64,000 nt of DNA, from the NCBI GenBank assembly GCA_963677495.2, contig CAXXOU010000001.1:32001-96000 (forward strand), written 5' to 3'. The DNA is from Candidatus Cloacimonadales bacterium. Its GTDB lineage: Bacteria; Cloacimonadota; Cloacimonadia; Cloacimonadales; JAFGVF01. Shown in pieces: positions 1 through 9,638 of this stretch. The position numbers were made by a program, and so were the translations under genes. Position 1 is the stretch's first letter; every line of letters starts with the position of its first letter. The notes beneath the pieces are model-generated. The model ran no database searches. It was not told the DNA's origin and worked only from the letters and a program-made list of their open reading frames with translations.

Positions 1-1941
1 ATGGTTTTCATTCCACTTGGCTGAAGTTTCCACAGCATTATCATTTCCTGCCCAGTTACGACGGCCTACGCCACCCATAACATCCCAGGAAAGACCTGAA
101 CGGATAACATCATCCATGCGTTTGCTTCCATCGAGTAAAATTCCGTTGCCACCGTTAGATGAACGCCCGATTCCTACTCCGCCACCATTTGAAAGCACAA
201 CAAGTGTCATACCTCTGGCAACGTTACCGGCAAAACATTGAACTGACATATCAGCCATCACGTTACTTCCGTCATAGATGTTAGCAGTTTCTCTGAATGG
301 TGAATCTGTACCGGAAACGTCATGATGGTCTCTACCAAGCATCACAGGTCCGATAACACCTTTACGAATCATCTCATTGAATTTAAGAGCGATGCGCACA
401 CGACCCTCTTCGTCAGAGTAAAGAATACGAGCCTTAGTTCCAACTACGAGTTTATTCTCTTCTGCTGTTGCAATCCAATGATGGTTATCTCTATCGAGAG
501 AGCTGTTCTCAGGATCAATACAAGCCATAGCAAGTTCATCTGTAGTCTTAAGGTCTGAGTCCTTACCTGATAAGCAAACCCATCTGAATGGACCATATCC
601 ACGATCAAAGCATACAGGTCCCATGATATCTTCAACGTATGAAGGCCAGATAAAGCCATCAAATGTATCTTCACCGTTCTTGGAGATAGCTTTCTCTCCT
701 GCATTAAACACAGAAGCCATGAAGCTATTACCGTAATCCCAGAAATAGGAACCTTTCTCAGTAAGCTTCTTAACAACTCTGAAATGACGTTTAAGAGATT
801 CATCAACAAGCTCTTTGAACTTAGCAGGATTCTCTTTATTTATCTTACGACCATCTTCATAAGTAATGCCTGCAGGAGTATAACCACCTTCATAAACAGC
901 GTGACAAGAGGTTTGGTCAGAAATAAGCTCAACTTTCACGTCGTTCTCATCGATATATTCAAGCAAATCTACAATATTACCATGATAAGCAATTGAGATT
1001 GGCTGTTTCTTCTCTCTATATTCCTTCATCCAAGCAACGATTTGTGCTAAATCATCAGAGATAAGTGATACCCATCCCTGCTCATGTCTTGTTTGAATTC
1101 TACTGTATTCAACTTCAGCAATAACACCGATACCACCGGCAATCTCAACAGCTTTTGGTTGTGCACCAGACATTCCACCAAGTCCTGAAGAGATGAAGAA
1201 GTTGCATTGCATATCCTGATCTTCAGGAACACCGAGATATTTACGGCAAGCATTCAATACTGTGATATATGTACCATGTACGATACCTTGTGGTCCGATA
1301 TACATCCAGCCACCGGCTGTCATTTGACCGTAATTTGCTACACCGAGAGCTGTGAGTCTTTTAAAGTTCTCAGGATCATCCCAATTACCAATCACAAGAC
1401 CATGAGTTGAAATAACTCTTGGAGCTTCAGGACGTGATGGGAATAATCCAACCGGATGTCCTGATTCAACAACGAGTGTTTGATCATCAGTAATCTCTTC
1501 AAGATAACGCATGATTAAGCGATATTGCATCCAGTTCTGCATAACTTGTCCGGTCTCACCGTAAGTTACAAGCTCATAAGGATAAAGAGCTATATCGAAA
1601 TCAAGGTTATTATCAATCATAACCTGAAGAGCTTTACCGGCCTGACATTTGCCCTTATACTCTTCAATTGGTTTGCCGTAAAGTTTACCTGCAGGTCGAT
1701 AGCGATAACCATAGATTCTACCCATTGTCATGAGCTCTTCAAGAAACTCAGGAGCCATCACTTCATGATACTCTTTAGGCACATAGCGTAAAGCATTCTT
1801 CACAGCTAATGCAATCTCTTTTCTGTTTAAATCAAGTCCTCTGTTTGGAGCTCTACGATACTGTTTATCAAACTCCTTAACTTCCGGTAACTCATCCGGA
1901 ATTCTAATCTTCATAACCTTCTGAGGGTTGAAGTCGATCAT
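1..1941 (-). CDS. hutU: Urocanate hydratase (3' end runs off the window; absent from the ORF track)
   Basis: Manual translation from ATG 1941 (RBS GGAGG): MIDFNPQK...NNLDFDIALYPYELVTYGETGQ...NYGQMTAGGWMYIGPQGIVHGT...SSGLGGMSGAQP, the urocanase signature motifs. ATGA overlap with the upstream gene. Confidence 0.95.
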   Translation of the reverse strand, partial: MIDFNPQKVMKIRIPDELPEVKEFDKQYRRAPNRGLDLNRKEIALAVKNALRYVPKEYHEVMAPEFLEELMTMGRIYGYRYRPAGKLYGKPIEEYKGKCQAGKALQVMIDNNLDFDIALYPYELVTYGETGQVMQNWMQYRLIMRYLEEITDDQTLVVESGHPVGLFPSRPEAPRVISTHGLVIGNWDDPENFKRLTALGVANYGQMTAGGWMYIGPQGIVHGTYITVLNACRKYLGVPEDQDMQCNFFISSGLGGMSGAQPKAVEIAGGIGVIAEVEYSRIQTRHEQGWVSLISDDLAQIVAWMKEYREKKQPISIAYHGNIVDLLEYIDENDVKVELISDQTSCHAVYEGGYTPAGITYEDGRKINKENPAKFKELVDESLKRHFRVVKKLTEKGSYFWDYGNSFMASVFNAGEKAISKNGEDTFDGFIWPSYVEDIMGPVCFDRGYGPFRWVCLSGKDSDLKTTDELAMACIDPENSSLDRDNHHWIATAEENKLVVGTKARILYSDEEGRVRIALKFNEMIRKGVIGPVMLGRDHHDVSGTDSPFRETANIYDGSNVMADMSVQCFAGNVARGMTLVVLSNGGGVGIGRSSNGGNGILLDGSKRMDDVIRSGLSWDVMGGVGRRNWAGNDNAVETSAKWNENH

Positions 1942-3227
1942 GATTCCTCCACTTTATTCTTTTTATTTACCATTACATTTAAAATAACATCATCACATTG
2001 TGGCATACCGTGGTTTATAACAATGCCCATGTTATCAATAGTCTTCTCAATATCATCTTCGATAATGCCATCATCACCACCGATGAATTTTCCATATCTT
2101 GCCATAAGAACAGAGTATAGAGCGGTACTGATAGTTGAAGCTATCTTAAGACCACAACTTGTTTTAGCTCCATCACATATCATACCGGTAAGGTTAGCAA
2201 GCATGTTTTTAATTACATATTCAAGTTCTTTCTCTCCTCCACCAAGAAGCATACTCATTCCACAACCTGCACCGGTTGCAGCATTTATTGCACCACACAT
2301 ACATGAGAGAATCCCCAGATGATTCTTTAGGTGGATAGATATCATATGACCTACAAAAAGAGCACGAATAAATTCCTCTCTGCTCTTCTTAAAATGAAGA
2401 TAAGTCTCATAAATTGGCAAAGTAATTGTTATACCTTGATTACCACTACCTGAATTTGTTAGTACAGGAAGTGGTGAACCACACATTCTAGCTTCAGATG
2501 CTGCACATGTGATAGCCACAACTTTATGGAAGAAGTCATTTTCAAGAATACCGTTATCAATCTCTTTCATGATAATTCCACCAAGTGTATAGTTGCATTT
2601 TAAGCCTGAGGTGGAGATTATCTTATTCATCTCAGCACCCTCTATCAGATATGCAAACTCTTCCGGGTCTAATTCTTGTGAAAAATCATAAATACTCTGA
2701 ACGCTCAGTTCCTCTTTAATACAGCATTTTTCCTTTGTTGCAGCTTCAACATCATGCTCTTCGACAATCTCATCATCAAGTTTGATATATTTTACACCGG
2801 TATGGTGCTCAATCACTTTACATTCTGCAACATGGTTCTCTGTGATAAGTCGTGCGATAATAAGAAGTTTGTCATCTGAGTCATGCAAAATAAGCTTTAC
2901 TTTCTGCTCTTTCACAAAGTCTTGAGCTTTCTCAATTGTTTCTTCAGGGATACCGGTGAGGACTTCGAGAGCATTTTCAGGGTCACCACCAAACGCACCT
3001 AAGGCAGATGCAATTTCAAGTCCTTTTATCTCAGTTCCGGGTATTCCAACTCCCAATCCATTCTTGAAAACATTTCGACAAAGGCGTAATTCAATTGTGT
3101 TGATTTCTTCATCAATGACCGTAGCAGCCTTAGCAGATGCAAGTGCAACTGCAATCGGTTCTGTACAGCCTAAAGCGGTGGATAACTCACTATCGAGTAT
3201 CCTTAAATAATCCTCTTTTGTAAGCAT
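1938..3227 (-). CDS. UPF0597/YhaM-family L-cysteine desulfidase (Fe-S serine dehydratase alpha-like)
   Basis: ALGCTEPIAVALA, SEARM, NSGSGNQG and GMICDGAKTSC motifs. Confidence 0.85.
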   Translation of the reverse strand: MLTKEDYLRILDSELSTALGCTEPIAVALASAKAATVIDEEINTIELRLCRNVFKNGLGVGIPGTEIKGLEIASALGAFGGDPENALEVLTGIPEETIEKAQDFVKEQKVKLILHDSDDKLLIIARLITENHVAECKVIEHHTGVKYIKLDDEIVEEHDVEAATKEKCCIKEELSVQSIYDFSQELDPEEFAYLIEGAEMNKIISTSGLKCNYTLGGIIMKEIDNGILENDFFHKVVAITCAASEARMCGSPLPVLTNSGSGNQGITITLPIYETYLHFKKSREEFIRALFVGHMISIHLKNHLGILSCMCGAINAATGAGCGMSMLLGGGEKELEYVIKNMLANLTGMICDGAKTSCGLKIASTISTALYSVLMARYGKFIGGDDGIIEDDIEKTIDNMGIVINHGMPQCDDVILNVMVNKKNKVEES

Positions 3228-3674
3228 AATAGATCATCCTCATTAAACCGATATATTTTAAATCAAAATTATTTATCCCCATTACTTATGCAATCTTTTT
3301 CTAAAGTAGTTATCAATAACGGTATTAGTAATGCTGATTTTACACAAGCTTGCATATTAGCTTTTAAAACTTAAGCAACTAAACGAAAAAAATACTTTGT
3401 TAACAATGAAAAGTTTTCGCCTAGACCCAATAAGTTAGCTTTCACCTATTTATCGACACTTTCTTAAAAAAACAATTTGTCTCGTAAGAATCTAGTAGTT
3501 TACAAAAATAAAGATAGTGTCACAAATCATACTGTTTTCATTAAAGGCACTAGCTACTCGATAAGTTCTTTTGTCACTCATGAATCTATTCAAGTAGGGT
3601 ACAAAATTCTTGACTACTATCACGTGTATTCAGAAAGTAATAATCTTAAGCGGAATCAAGGAGCTGTAATTTAG

Positions 3675-5108
3675 ATGTTATTTAATTCTTACATATTTTT
3701 AGTTTTTTTAACGGTAGTCTTACCCATTTTTTATATACTACCTAACAAAATTTCGAAGAATACTTTTCTTTTAGCTAGTAGCTATTTTTTCTATGGATAT
3801 TGGGATTGGAGGTTTTGTTCCTTGTTAGCAATTTCAACGATTGTTGACTTCTACTTAGGTAAAAAAATCTATAAAGAGCAAAGCAAACCCAAGCAAAAAG
3901 CCTATTTAGCTATGAGTATGGTTGTTAACCTCGGTTTATTAGGTGTCTTCAAATACTTCAATTTTTTTGTTGATAGTTTTTCCACAATGACAACAGCGTT
4001 CGGCTATAACCTTGATTTCCTTCATATGAATATTATATTGCCTGTTGGAATATCTTTTTATACTTTCCAAACTATGTCATATTCGATTGATATCTATAGA
4101 AAACGGATTAAGCCAACAAACTCATTCATAGATTTTGCTCTATTCGTCTCTTTCTTTCCACAGTTAGTAGCAGGTCCTATTGAAAGAGCTAGCAACCTCT
4201 TACCTCAGTTATCAAACAAACTAAAACCCAATAGAGATCAAGTACAGAAAGGTATTGTTCTTATAGTAACAGGTCTGTTTAAAAAAGTTATGATTGGAGA
4301 TACAACAGGAAGATATGTAGATCAACTGTTTGGTAATCCTGATCTGTACACATCAGCTGAAATGCTTGCTGCTCTGCTATTGTTTTCAATTCAGATATAT
4401 GCTGATTTTTCCGGATATAGTAATATTGCAAGGGGTGTCTCAAAATTGCTTGGTGTTGAGTTAATGAAAAACTTCGAGCAACCATATCTTTCCAGAAATA
4501 TTACTGAATTCTGGAGAAGATGGCACATATCGTTATCTAGTTGGTTAAAAGATTATCTCTATATTTCATTAGGAGGTAATCGTAAAGGGCAAGTTCGTAC
4601 CTATGTAAACTTGTTTGCTACTATGTTACTAGGTGGACTATGGCATGGGGCATCATGGAACTTCGTGATTTGGGGAGGTTTACACGGTATATATCTAGCT
4701 ATACATAAGAAAATGCTTAAGAACAAGAGAATTGATGATAGGTACCATTACGGTGGATTTGTAAGCTTGCTCAAGGCCTCTATGAATTGTGTCATTACTA
4801 ACATACTCGTTTTGTTTACATGGCTTTTTTTTAGAGCTAAAACTGTTGATGATGTAAGACTATTTTTCCATAAAATGATTCACTGGGAATCAAGTGATTT
4901 AACACCAATATTCATCAAAATAACTCTAACTTTTCTTATACTTAACTTCCTTATTGATGCATTTGAATACAAGCTACAGAGACATACTACCATTTTGGCA
5001 ATACCAAACATTGGTTTTCAATATGGAGTATTATCTGTATTATTTCTAACAACATTACTATATATGTTCCAAGCAACTCCCTTACCGTTTGTTTACTTTC
5101 AGTTTTAA
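3675..5108 (+). CDS. MBOAT-family O-acyltransferase (AlgI/PatA-like)
   Basis: LPVGISFYTFQ, FFPQLVAGPIER, FWRRWHISLS and GLWHGASWNF motifs. Confidence 0.93.
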   Translation: MLFNSYIFLVFLTVVLPIFYILPNKISKNTFLLASSYFFYGYWDWRFCSLLAISTIVDFYLGKKIYKEQSKPKQKAYLAMSMVVNLGLLGVFKYFNFFVDSFSTMTTAFGYNLDFLHMNIILPVGISFYTFQTMSYSIDIYRKRIKPTNSFIDFALFVSFFPQLVAGPIERASNLLPQLSNKLKPNRDQVQKGIVLIVTGLFKKVMIGDTTGRYVDQLFGNPDLYTSAEMLAALLLFSIQIYADFSGYSNIARGVSKLLGVELMKNFEQPYLSRNITEFWRRWHISLSSWLKDYLYISLGGNRKGQVRTYVNLFATMLLGGLWHGASWNFVIWGGLHGIYLAIHKKMLKNKRIDDRYHYGGFVSLLKASMNCVITNILVLFTWLFFRAKTVDDVRLFFHKMIHWESSDLTPIFIKITLTFLILNFLIDAFEYKLQRHTTILAIPNIGFQYGVLSVLFLTTLLYMFQATPLPFVYFQF

Positions 5109-5117
5109 GAGGATTTT

Positions 5118-6152
5118 ATGAAAAAAATAGCAGGATTCATAATAGCATGTTCTGTAACATTAATTCTAGTTGAGTTATTTGTTTCGAATAGCTATGTACT
5201 TCAAAGATATATTAATGATTATAATCAAGATTTAGGCAGAATCAGACGTGCAAGTACAGAGTTTGTTATGTTTAATGAGGGATTTACCGTAAACAGAATT
5301 AATAGCTTTGGTTATGTAGGTAAAGAATATGGAATGGAAAAAGATTCCAGCACATTTAGAGTTGCTGTTTTAGGAGACTCTTATGTAGAAAGCTTCCAGG
5401 TTTTTGATAGAAATTACTTTGGTCGTGTTATCGAAAATGAGATTTCGGAACAGCTTGGTATGAAAATAGAAGTTCTCAATTTTGGAAGAAGTGGTTTTGA
5501 TTTAGGTGATTGTTACGCATATTATCATACTTTCGTCAATGATTTTGAACCTGATTTATCTATAATCATCTTAGGGGAATCAGATTATGAGATAAAGAAC
5601 TATGACCCACTTTTGCCAAAGGTAGTTTTAGATAATGGCAAATTGGATGTTAGTAGAAACTATATTGGCTCATCAAGTGAAAAAAGAATTCAGAAGATAC
5701 AGCCATTTTTAAAACACTCAATAATTTTGAATACTGTAAACATTTGTACAAAAATCATGAATAGAGAGTATCTACTTTCTAAGTCCTTAGATAAACTTTA
5801 CATACCGAAAGCTCCTCCTATAAGTAAAAATGCTGAAGTTAAAACTATTGTTCTAGATGAGAAGGAGAAGAGAATCTTAGATGAGTTAGATAATATAAAC
5901 TGTATTTTCGTTCTTCGTGATCGGGTTAATTTTACTGAATGTTCAGTAGCACAACATCCATTATATGAGAAGTTAGAGCAAGCACCATTTGATACTAAAC
6001 ATTGGGATATTACAAACAAGTATGGACACTGGAATAATGATGCCCACATTCTTGTAGGCGAGTACCTATCAAGTATCATTATTAGAGAAATACAAACTAC
6101 TCATTATAACTTTTTAGATATAAGTCAAATATCGAAGTCAGCATCGAATTGA
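5118..6152 (+). CDS. SGNH-hydrolase-like protein, probable O-acetylation partner of the MBOAT
   Basis: N-terminal TM, LGDSY block, VLNFG, C-terminal GHWN; 9 bp after the MBOAT gene. Confidence 0.7.
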   Translation: MKKIAGFIIACSVTLILVELFVSNSYVLQRYINDYNQDLGRIRRASTEFVMFNEGFTVNRINSFGYVGKEYGMEKDSSTFRVAVLGDSYVESFQVFDRNYFGRVIENEISEQLGMKIEVLNFGRSGFDLGDCYAYYHTFVNDFEPDLSIIILGESDYEIKNYDPLLPKVVLDNGKLDVSRNYIGSSSEKRIQKIQPFLKHSIILNTVNICTKIMNREYLLSKSLDKLYIPKAPPISKNAEVKTIVLDEKEKRILDELDNINCIFVLRDRVNFTECSVAQHPLYEKLEQAPFDTKHWDITNKYGHWNNDAHILVGEYLSSIIIREIQTTHYNFLDISQISKSASN

Positions 6153-6182
6153 GCTAGAATTATATCGGTATAATTTTAAAGT

Positions 6183-6202
6183 GGGCACAGATTTCTGTGC
6201 CC
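6183..6202. terminator. Hairpin between convergent genes
   Basis: GGGCACAG-ATTT-CTGTGCCC. Confidence 0.65.
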
Positions 6203-6224
6203 TAATCTATTAATTTCCTTTTCT

Positions 6225-6626
6225 CTATTTGAGAAAATCCTTTAACCATTCATGTATTTCATCTCTAGTATTACAGAAAGCTAGAAGCTTATCAGCATCT
6301 GTGCCTTGCGCATCTGATGGGTCCACGAATGAGTGATGTATTACTTGCTTACCATAAACAACCGGGCAGCTTTCTTTCGCGTTATCGCATACAGTTACGA
6401 TGATATCGAAAGTGTTAAGATCCAGTTCTTGGATAGTCTTTGAGTAATGATGTGTTATATCAATACCGGCTTCTGCCATAGCTTTTGTTGCTAATGGTTT
6501 CACGCTTGTCTTCTCAGTTCCACAGCTTTCAGCTTCCCAGTTCTCTGAGAAGTAGTGGTTTACAAGTCCCTGCGCCATCTGAGATCGGGCAGAGTTGTGG
6601 GTGCATATAAACAGTAACCTCTTCAT
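6225..6626 (-). CDS. arsC: Thioredoxin-dependent arsenate reductase (LMW-PTP fold)
   Basis: CTHNSARSQMA P-loop, VTVCDNAKESCP, FVDPS; ars operon context. Confidence 0.9.
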   Translation of the reverse strand: MKRLLFICTHNSARSQMAQGLVNHYFSENWEAESCGTEKTSVKPLATKAMAEAGIDITHHYSKTIQELDLNTFDIIVTVCDNAKESCPVVYGKQVIHHSFVDPSDAQGTDADKLLAFCNTRDEIHEWLKDFLK

Positions 6627-6634
6627 TTATAACC

Positions 6635-7603
6635 TCATTGGATGAATGGATATATCAAGTTAAACAGGTAACCACAAATTATGATTGCAATACCTGTAAT
6701 TATTACAAAAGAACGAATCAGTTTAGGTTTTATAACTTTTCTGAGTATCACCATCTCAGGCACTGACAAAGCAGTCACAGCCATCATAAACGCCATAGCT
6801 GTACCAAGTCCGACACCTTTACCGATTAAGGCTTCAGCAATTGGGATGGTTCCAAGTGCATTTGAATAGAGCGGGATACCGAGTATAACTGCCACAATCA
6901 CAGCAAATGGATTGTTATCACCAGCATACTTAGCAAGCATCTCTCCCGGTGCCCAACCATGAATTGCAGCACCGATACCAATACCTATTATGATGAAAAG
7001 CCATACTTTACCGACAATAAACTTAACCTGCTCAAGAGCGAAGGTTAGCCTTCCTTTGAAATCATATTCTTCATCTTCGGCATCACCGACTTTCATCTGG
7101 TAGACATACTCCTCTACTTCAGATTCCATCTTAAGTTTGCCGATTACTATACCACCTATTACACCTGCCAAGACACCAAACACAACATACAATAGTGCTA
7201 CTTTCCAACCGAAAGCTGCAAGCAATACAGCGAAGGCTGCTTCGTTCACTATTGGTGATGTTATAAGGAAGGAGAAGGTAACTCCAATAGGTATACCTGC
7301 TTCCACAAAGCCGATGAAGAGCGGAACTGAGGAGCAACTACAAAATGGTGTGACAATCCCGAAGAGCGATGCCATCACATTTGCTTGTGGTCCTTTGAAC
7401 TTCTCTAAAGCTTTCTTTGTCTTTTGGGGTGAGAAATAACTTCTGATAAAGCTAATCAAGAATATCATTGTTGATAACAAGATTAAAATCTTGATTATAT
7501 CATAGAAGAAGAAGTGAACACTTGAGCCTAAGGCTGTCTCCATGCTCATGCCGAAGACGTTCACAACTAACTTCTCAATTAGTACTTCTAACCAGTGAAA
7601 CAC
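6635..7603 (-). CDS. ArsP/DUF318-family permease
   Basis: TPFCSCSSVP motif, GIPLY, ALSVPEM; multiple TMs. Confidence 0.88.
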   Translation of the reverse strand: MFHWLEVLIEKLVVNVFGMSMETALGSSVHFFFYDIIKILILLSTMIFLISFIRSYFSPQKTKKALEKFKGPQANVMASLFGIVTPFCSCSSVPLFIGFVEAGIPIGVTFSFLITSPIVNEAAFAVLLAAFGWKVALLYVVFGVLAGVIGGIVIGKLKMESEVEEYVYQMKVGDAEDEEYDFKGRLTFALEQVKFIVGKVWLFIIIGIGIGAAIHGWAPGEMLAKYAGDNNPFAVIVAVILGIPLYSNALGTIPIAEALIGKGVGLGTAMAFMMAVTALSVPEMVILRKVIKPKLIRSFVIITGIAIIICGYLFNLIYPFIQ

Positions 7604-7842
7604 TATTTAACCTCTTGTATAAGCTTCTTTACTCTCTCAACTGAAAGTCTCTTTCCTGTTGATACGAGTTTGCCATCAATCTCAAGGGCAGGAGTACCCA
7701 TAACGCCTGCTTCCATCATCTTTTGAACATCTTCTATCTTCTCAATCTCAGCATCAATGTTGAGAGCTTTAACTGCTTCCTGCGCAGCTTCAAACGTCTT
7801 CTTACAGTTAGTACAACCGGGTCCGTATACTTTGATCTTCAT
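7603..7842 (-). CDS. Small redox-active disulfide protein (MTH895-like thioredoxin family)
   Basis: 79 aa, GPGCTNC, GVMGTPAL. Confidence 0.88.
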   Translation of the reverse strand: MKIKVYGPGCTNCKKTFEAAQEAVKALNIDAEIEKIEDVQKMMEAGVMGTPALEIDGKLVSTGKRLSVERVKKLIQEVK

Positions 7843-7862
7843 AATGTGTCTCCTATCTTTCT

Positions 7863-8561
7863 TTATTTTATATAATTATATATTCCAAAAACTATTACTA
7901 CTATCCCACATATCCTTCTAATCAGAAGCATTCTGCCTGCTTTTGAGCTCCAATTTAGATATTGACTTACCTTCTTATATGATACTCCAGCAAATGCTAA
8001 AACAGCTGTATGCCCGATTGCAAACATGAGTAGCATCACTATCCCTTTAAATAGGTCTGAGCTACTTGTCTGGAACACGATTCCAAGCATTGGTGCCATG
8101 AATGCAAATGTACATGGTCCTAACCCAACTCCCATCAGTAGTCCAAGGATAAAGGCATTACCTGAATAGCGTTTGCCACCTGAGATATTGAAAAGCTTGA
8201 TGTCCGGGATTGGGATTATATCCAACAGCAAGATACCGAAGATGATGAAGAATATCAGCATAAAGATATCACCGAACCTGCCTGTATCACCTAAGATATT
8301 GCCAGTTAAACCTGTTATCACTCCAATCAATGCAACAGTAACCAACATTCCAAGTGAGAAAAGGATTGATATCTTCGTTGGACTCGATTGGTTCCTCTCT
8401 TTACTCACATAACCAATAATAAGTGGTATCGCTGAAAGGTGACATGGGCTAAAAACTATGCTGGCTATCCCCCATAGCAATGAGCCAATTAAGGCAATCA
8501 CAAGGTTACCTTCAATGCTGTTGCTTAGGAAAAGGAAGATGTTAGTCATTAGTGATTCCAT
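7863..8561 (-). CDS. CcdA/DsbD-beta transmembrane electron transporter
   Basis: FSPCHL and LGPCT conserved Cys-Pro pair; about 6 TMs. Confidence 0.85.
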   Translation of the reverse strand: MESLMTNIFLFLSNSIEGNLVIALIGSLLWGIASIVFSPCHLSAIPLIIGYVSKERNQSSPTKISILFSLGMLVTVALIGVITGLTGNILGDTGRFGDIFMLIFFIIFGILLLDIIPIPDIKLFNISGGKRYSGNAFILGLLMGVGLGPCTFAFMAPMLGIVFQTSSSDLFKGIVMLLMFAIGHTAVLAFAGVSYKKVSQYLNWSSKAGRMLLIRRICGIVVIVFGIYNYIK

Positions 8562-8928
8562 GCTCCTTAAGCATCTTCACAATCTTCTCTTCTGAGAAGT
8601 AACCCTGGTGTCTAAAGAACTCCTTACCCTCTGCATCGAGGAAAACCTGTGTAGGGATGGTTCGTATCTTATACTCACGAGAGATCTGTTTGTTTATCTC
8701 TTTCCGAACATCGATGAACTTGACCTCTACGATTCCTTCCCATTCTTTCTCGATTGCTTCCAGTACAAGTTCCATCTGCTTACAAGGTATGCATGTCTTC
8801 GAACCAAATTCAAGGAATGTGACTTGCGGTTTAGATTCTTCAATTTTTGCACTGTCCTGAACTGCTTCAGTTGCAAACAACCCTAGTGACAGTAGTAACA
8901 TCATAATTAAAAGTGTAATTCTTCTCAT
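8542..8928 (-). CDS. Exported thioredoxin-family protein
   Basis: Start moved to ATG 8928 (RBS GAGGGAG), giving a signal peptide MRRITLLIMMLLLSLGLFA; CIPC and IPT motifs. Confidence 0.85.
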   Translation of the reverse strand: MRRITLLIMMLLLSLGLFATEAVQDSAKIEESKPQVTFLEFGSKTCIPCKQMELVLEAIEKEWEGIVEVKFIDVRKEINKQISREYKIRTIPTQVFLDAEGKEFFRHQGYFSEEKIVKMLKEHGITND

Positions 8929-8931
8929 ATC

Positions 8932-8966
8932 TCCCTCATTTCGCATCTTGCATTTTTCATTTTGCA
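8932..8966 (-). repeat. Five degenerate tandem heptamers
   Basis: TGCAAAA TGAAAAA TGCAAGA TGCGAAA TGAGGGA fill the arsR-thioredoxin spacer. Confidence 0.7.
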
Positions 8967-8967
8967 T

Positions 8968-9279
8968 TTACATTAGGCAGCATTGCTGCTTCTCAATATT
9001 CTGTTTCAAGATTGAATCGATACAGTCGATAAATTTGTTAACGCAACACATCTCAATGTGATAAATCACATCTGCCCCAACCTTCTTGGAAGAAACAATT
9101 CCGGAACTCTTCAAAACAGAAAGATGCTTCGAAACTGTTGATTTGTCATATTCAAATGAGTTGTTAATCTCTGCAAAAGTCATATCTTTGTCTTTCAATT
9201 CCTGTATAATTATCAGCCTTACAGGATGCGCTAACGCCTTGATAATATCAGCTCTAATCTGAGCTTGCTCAAAATTCAT
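8968..9279 (-). CDS. arsR: ArsR/SmtB-family repressor
   Basis: KALAHPVRL, STVSKHLSVLK HTH, C-terminal CC pairs. ATG 9279 preferred over GTG 9285 on RBS spacing. Confidence 0.88.
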   Translation of the reverse strand: MNFEQAQIRADIIKALAHPVRLIIIQELKDKDMTFAEINNSFEYDKSTVSKHLSVLKSSGIVSSKKVGADVIYHIEMCCVNKFIDCIDSILKQNIEKQQCCLM

Positions 9280-9300
9280 ATTCACCTCTTCTTATGTCTC

Positions 9301-9335
9301 TGTTGGCAAATTAGCCAACAAGGCATTACTGTCAA
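9301..9335 (-). promoter_or_regulatory. Putative ArsR operator overlapping a sigma70-type promoter
   Basis: Palindrome TGTTGGC-AAATTA-GCCAACA (9301-9320). TTGACA on the minus strand at 9335-9330, with a TAATTT -10 candidate in the palindrome centre. Confidence 0.7.
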
Positions 9336-9395
9336 GGGAATTTCAGGACAAAATGATAGAGAAATCAGTATCATATTGATAACCGTAACCGCCGT

Positions 9396-9598
9396 CACCC
9401 AAAATGGCGAATCTTGACAAGCAAAATGGCGAAAGCTTGCCTTTGTTTTGTGTAACTACCTTTATTTGTTGATTTAGCCTTTCCTTAATCGACTGAAACT
9501 TTTCCTTAGTATTTCCTTAGTCTTCTGCCTTAGTCTCCTACATTTGCCTAAGTTCTTGCCTTTGTTGACACCCAAAATGGCGAAAGTTTACCTTTGTT
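9396..9598. repeat. Intergenic direct-repeat cluster
   Basis: CAAAATGGCGAA at 9400, 9422 and 9573; TTCCTTAGT at 9502 and 9513; CCTTTGTT three times. Confidence 0.8.
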
Positions 9599-9638
9599 AA
9601 CGAGCTGAAATGTTTGAGAATTTTATAGAGTAGTTCCT

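Noticed and set aside
17..1791. Short track ORFs on both strands
   Set aside because: Antisense or off-frame shadows of hutU, which the track missed because it has no stop inside the window.
3477..3674. 65-aa ORF in frame with the MBOAT gene (possible TAG readthrough)
   Set aside because: The MBOAT has its own GGAG RBS and canonical MLFNS start; the upstream peptide has no recognisable features.
9396..9598. CRISPR array (also considered for 27441-27550 and 14858-14904)
   Set aside because: Units are too short, spacing is not repeat-spacer-like, and there are no cas genes.
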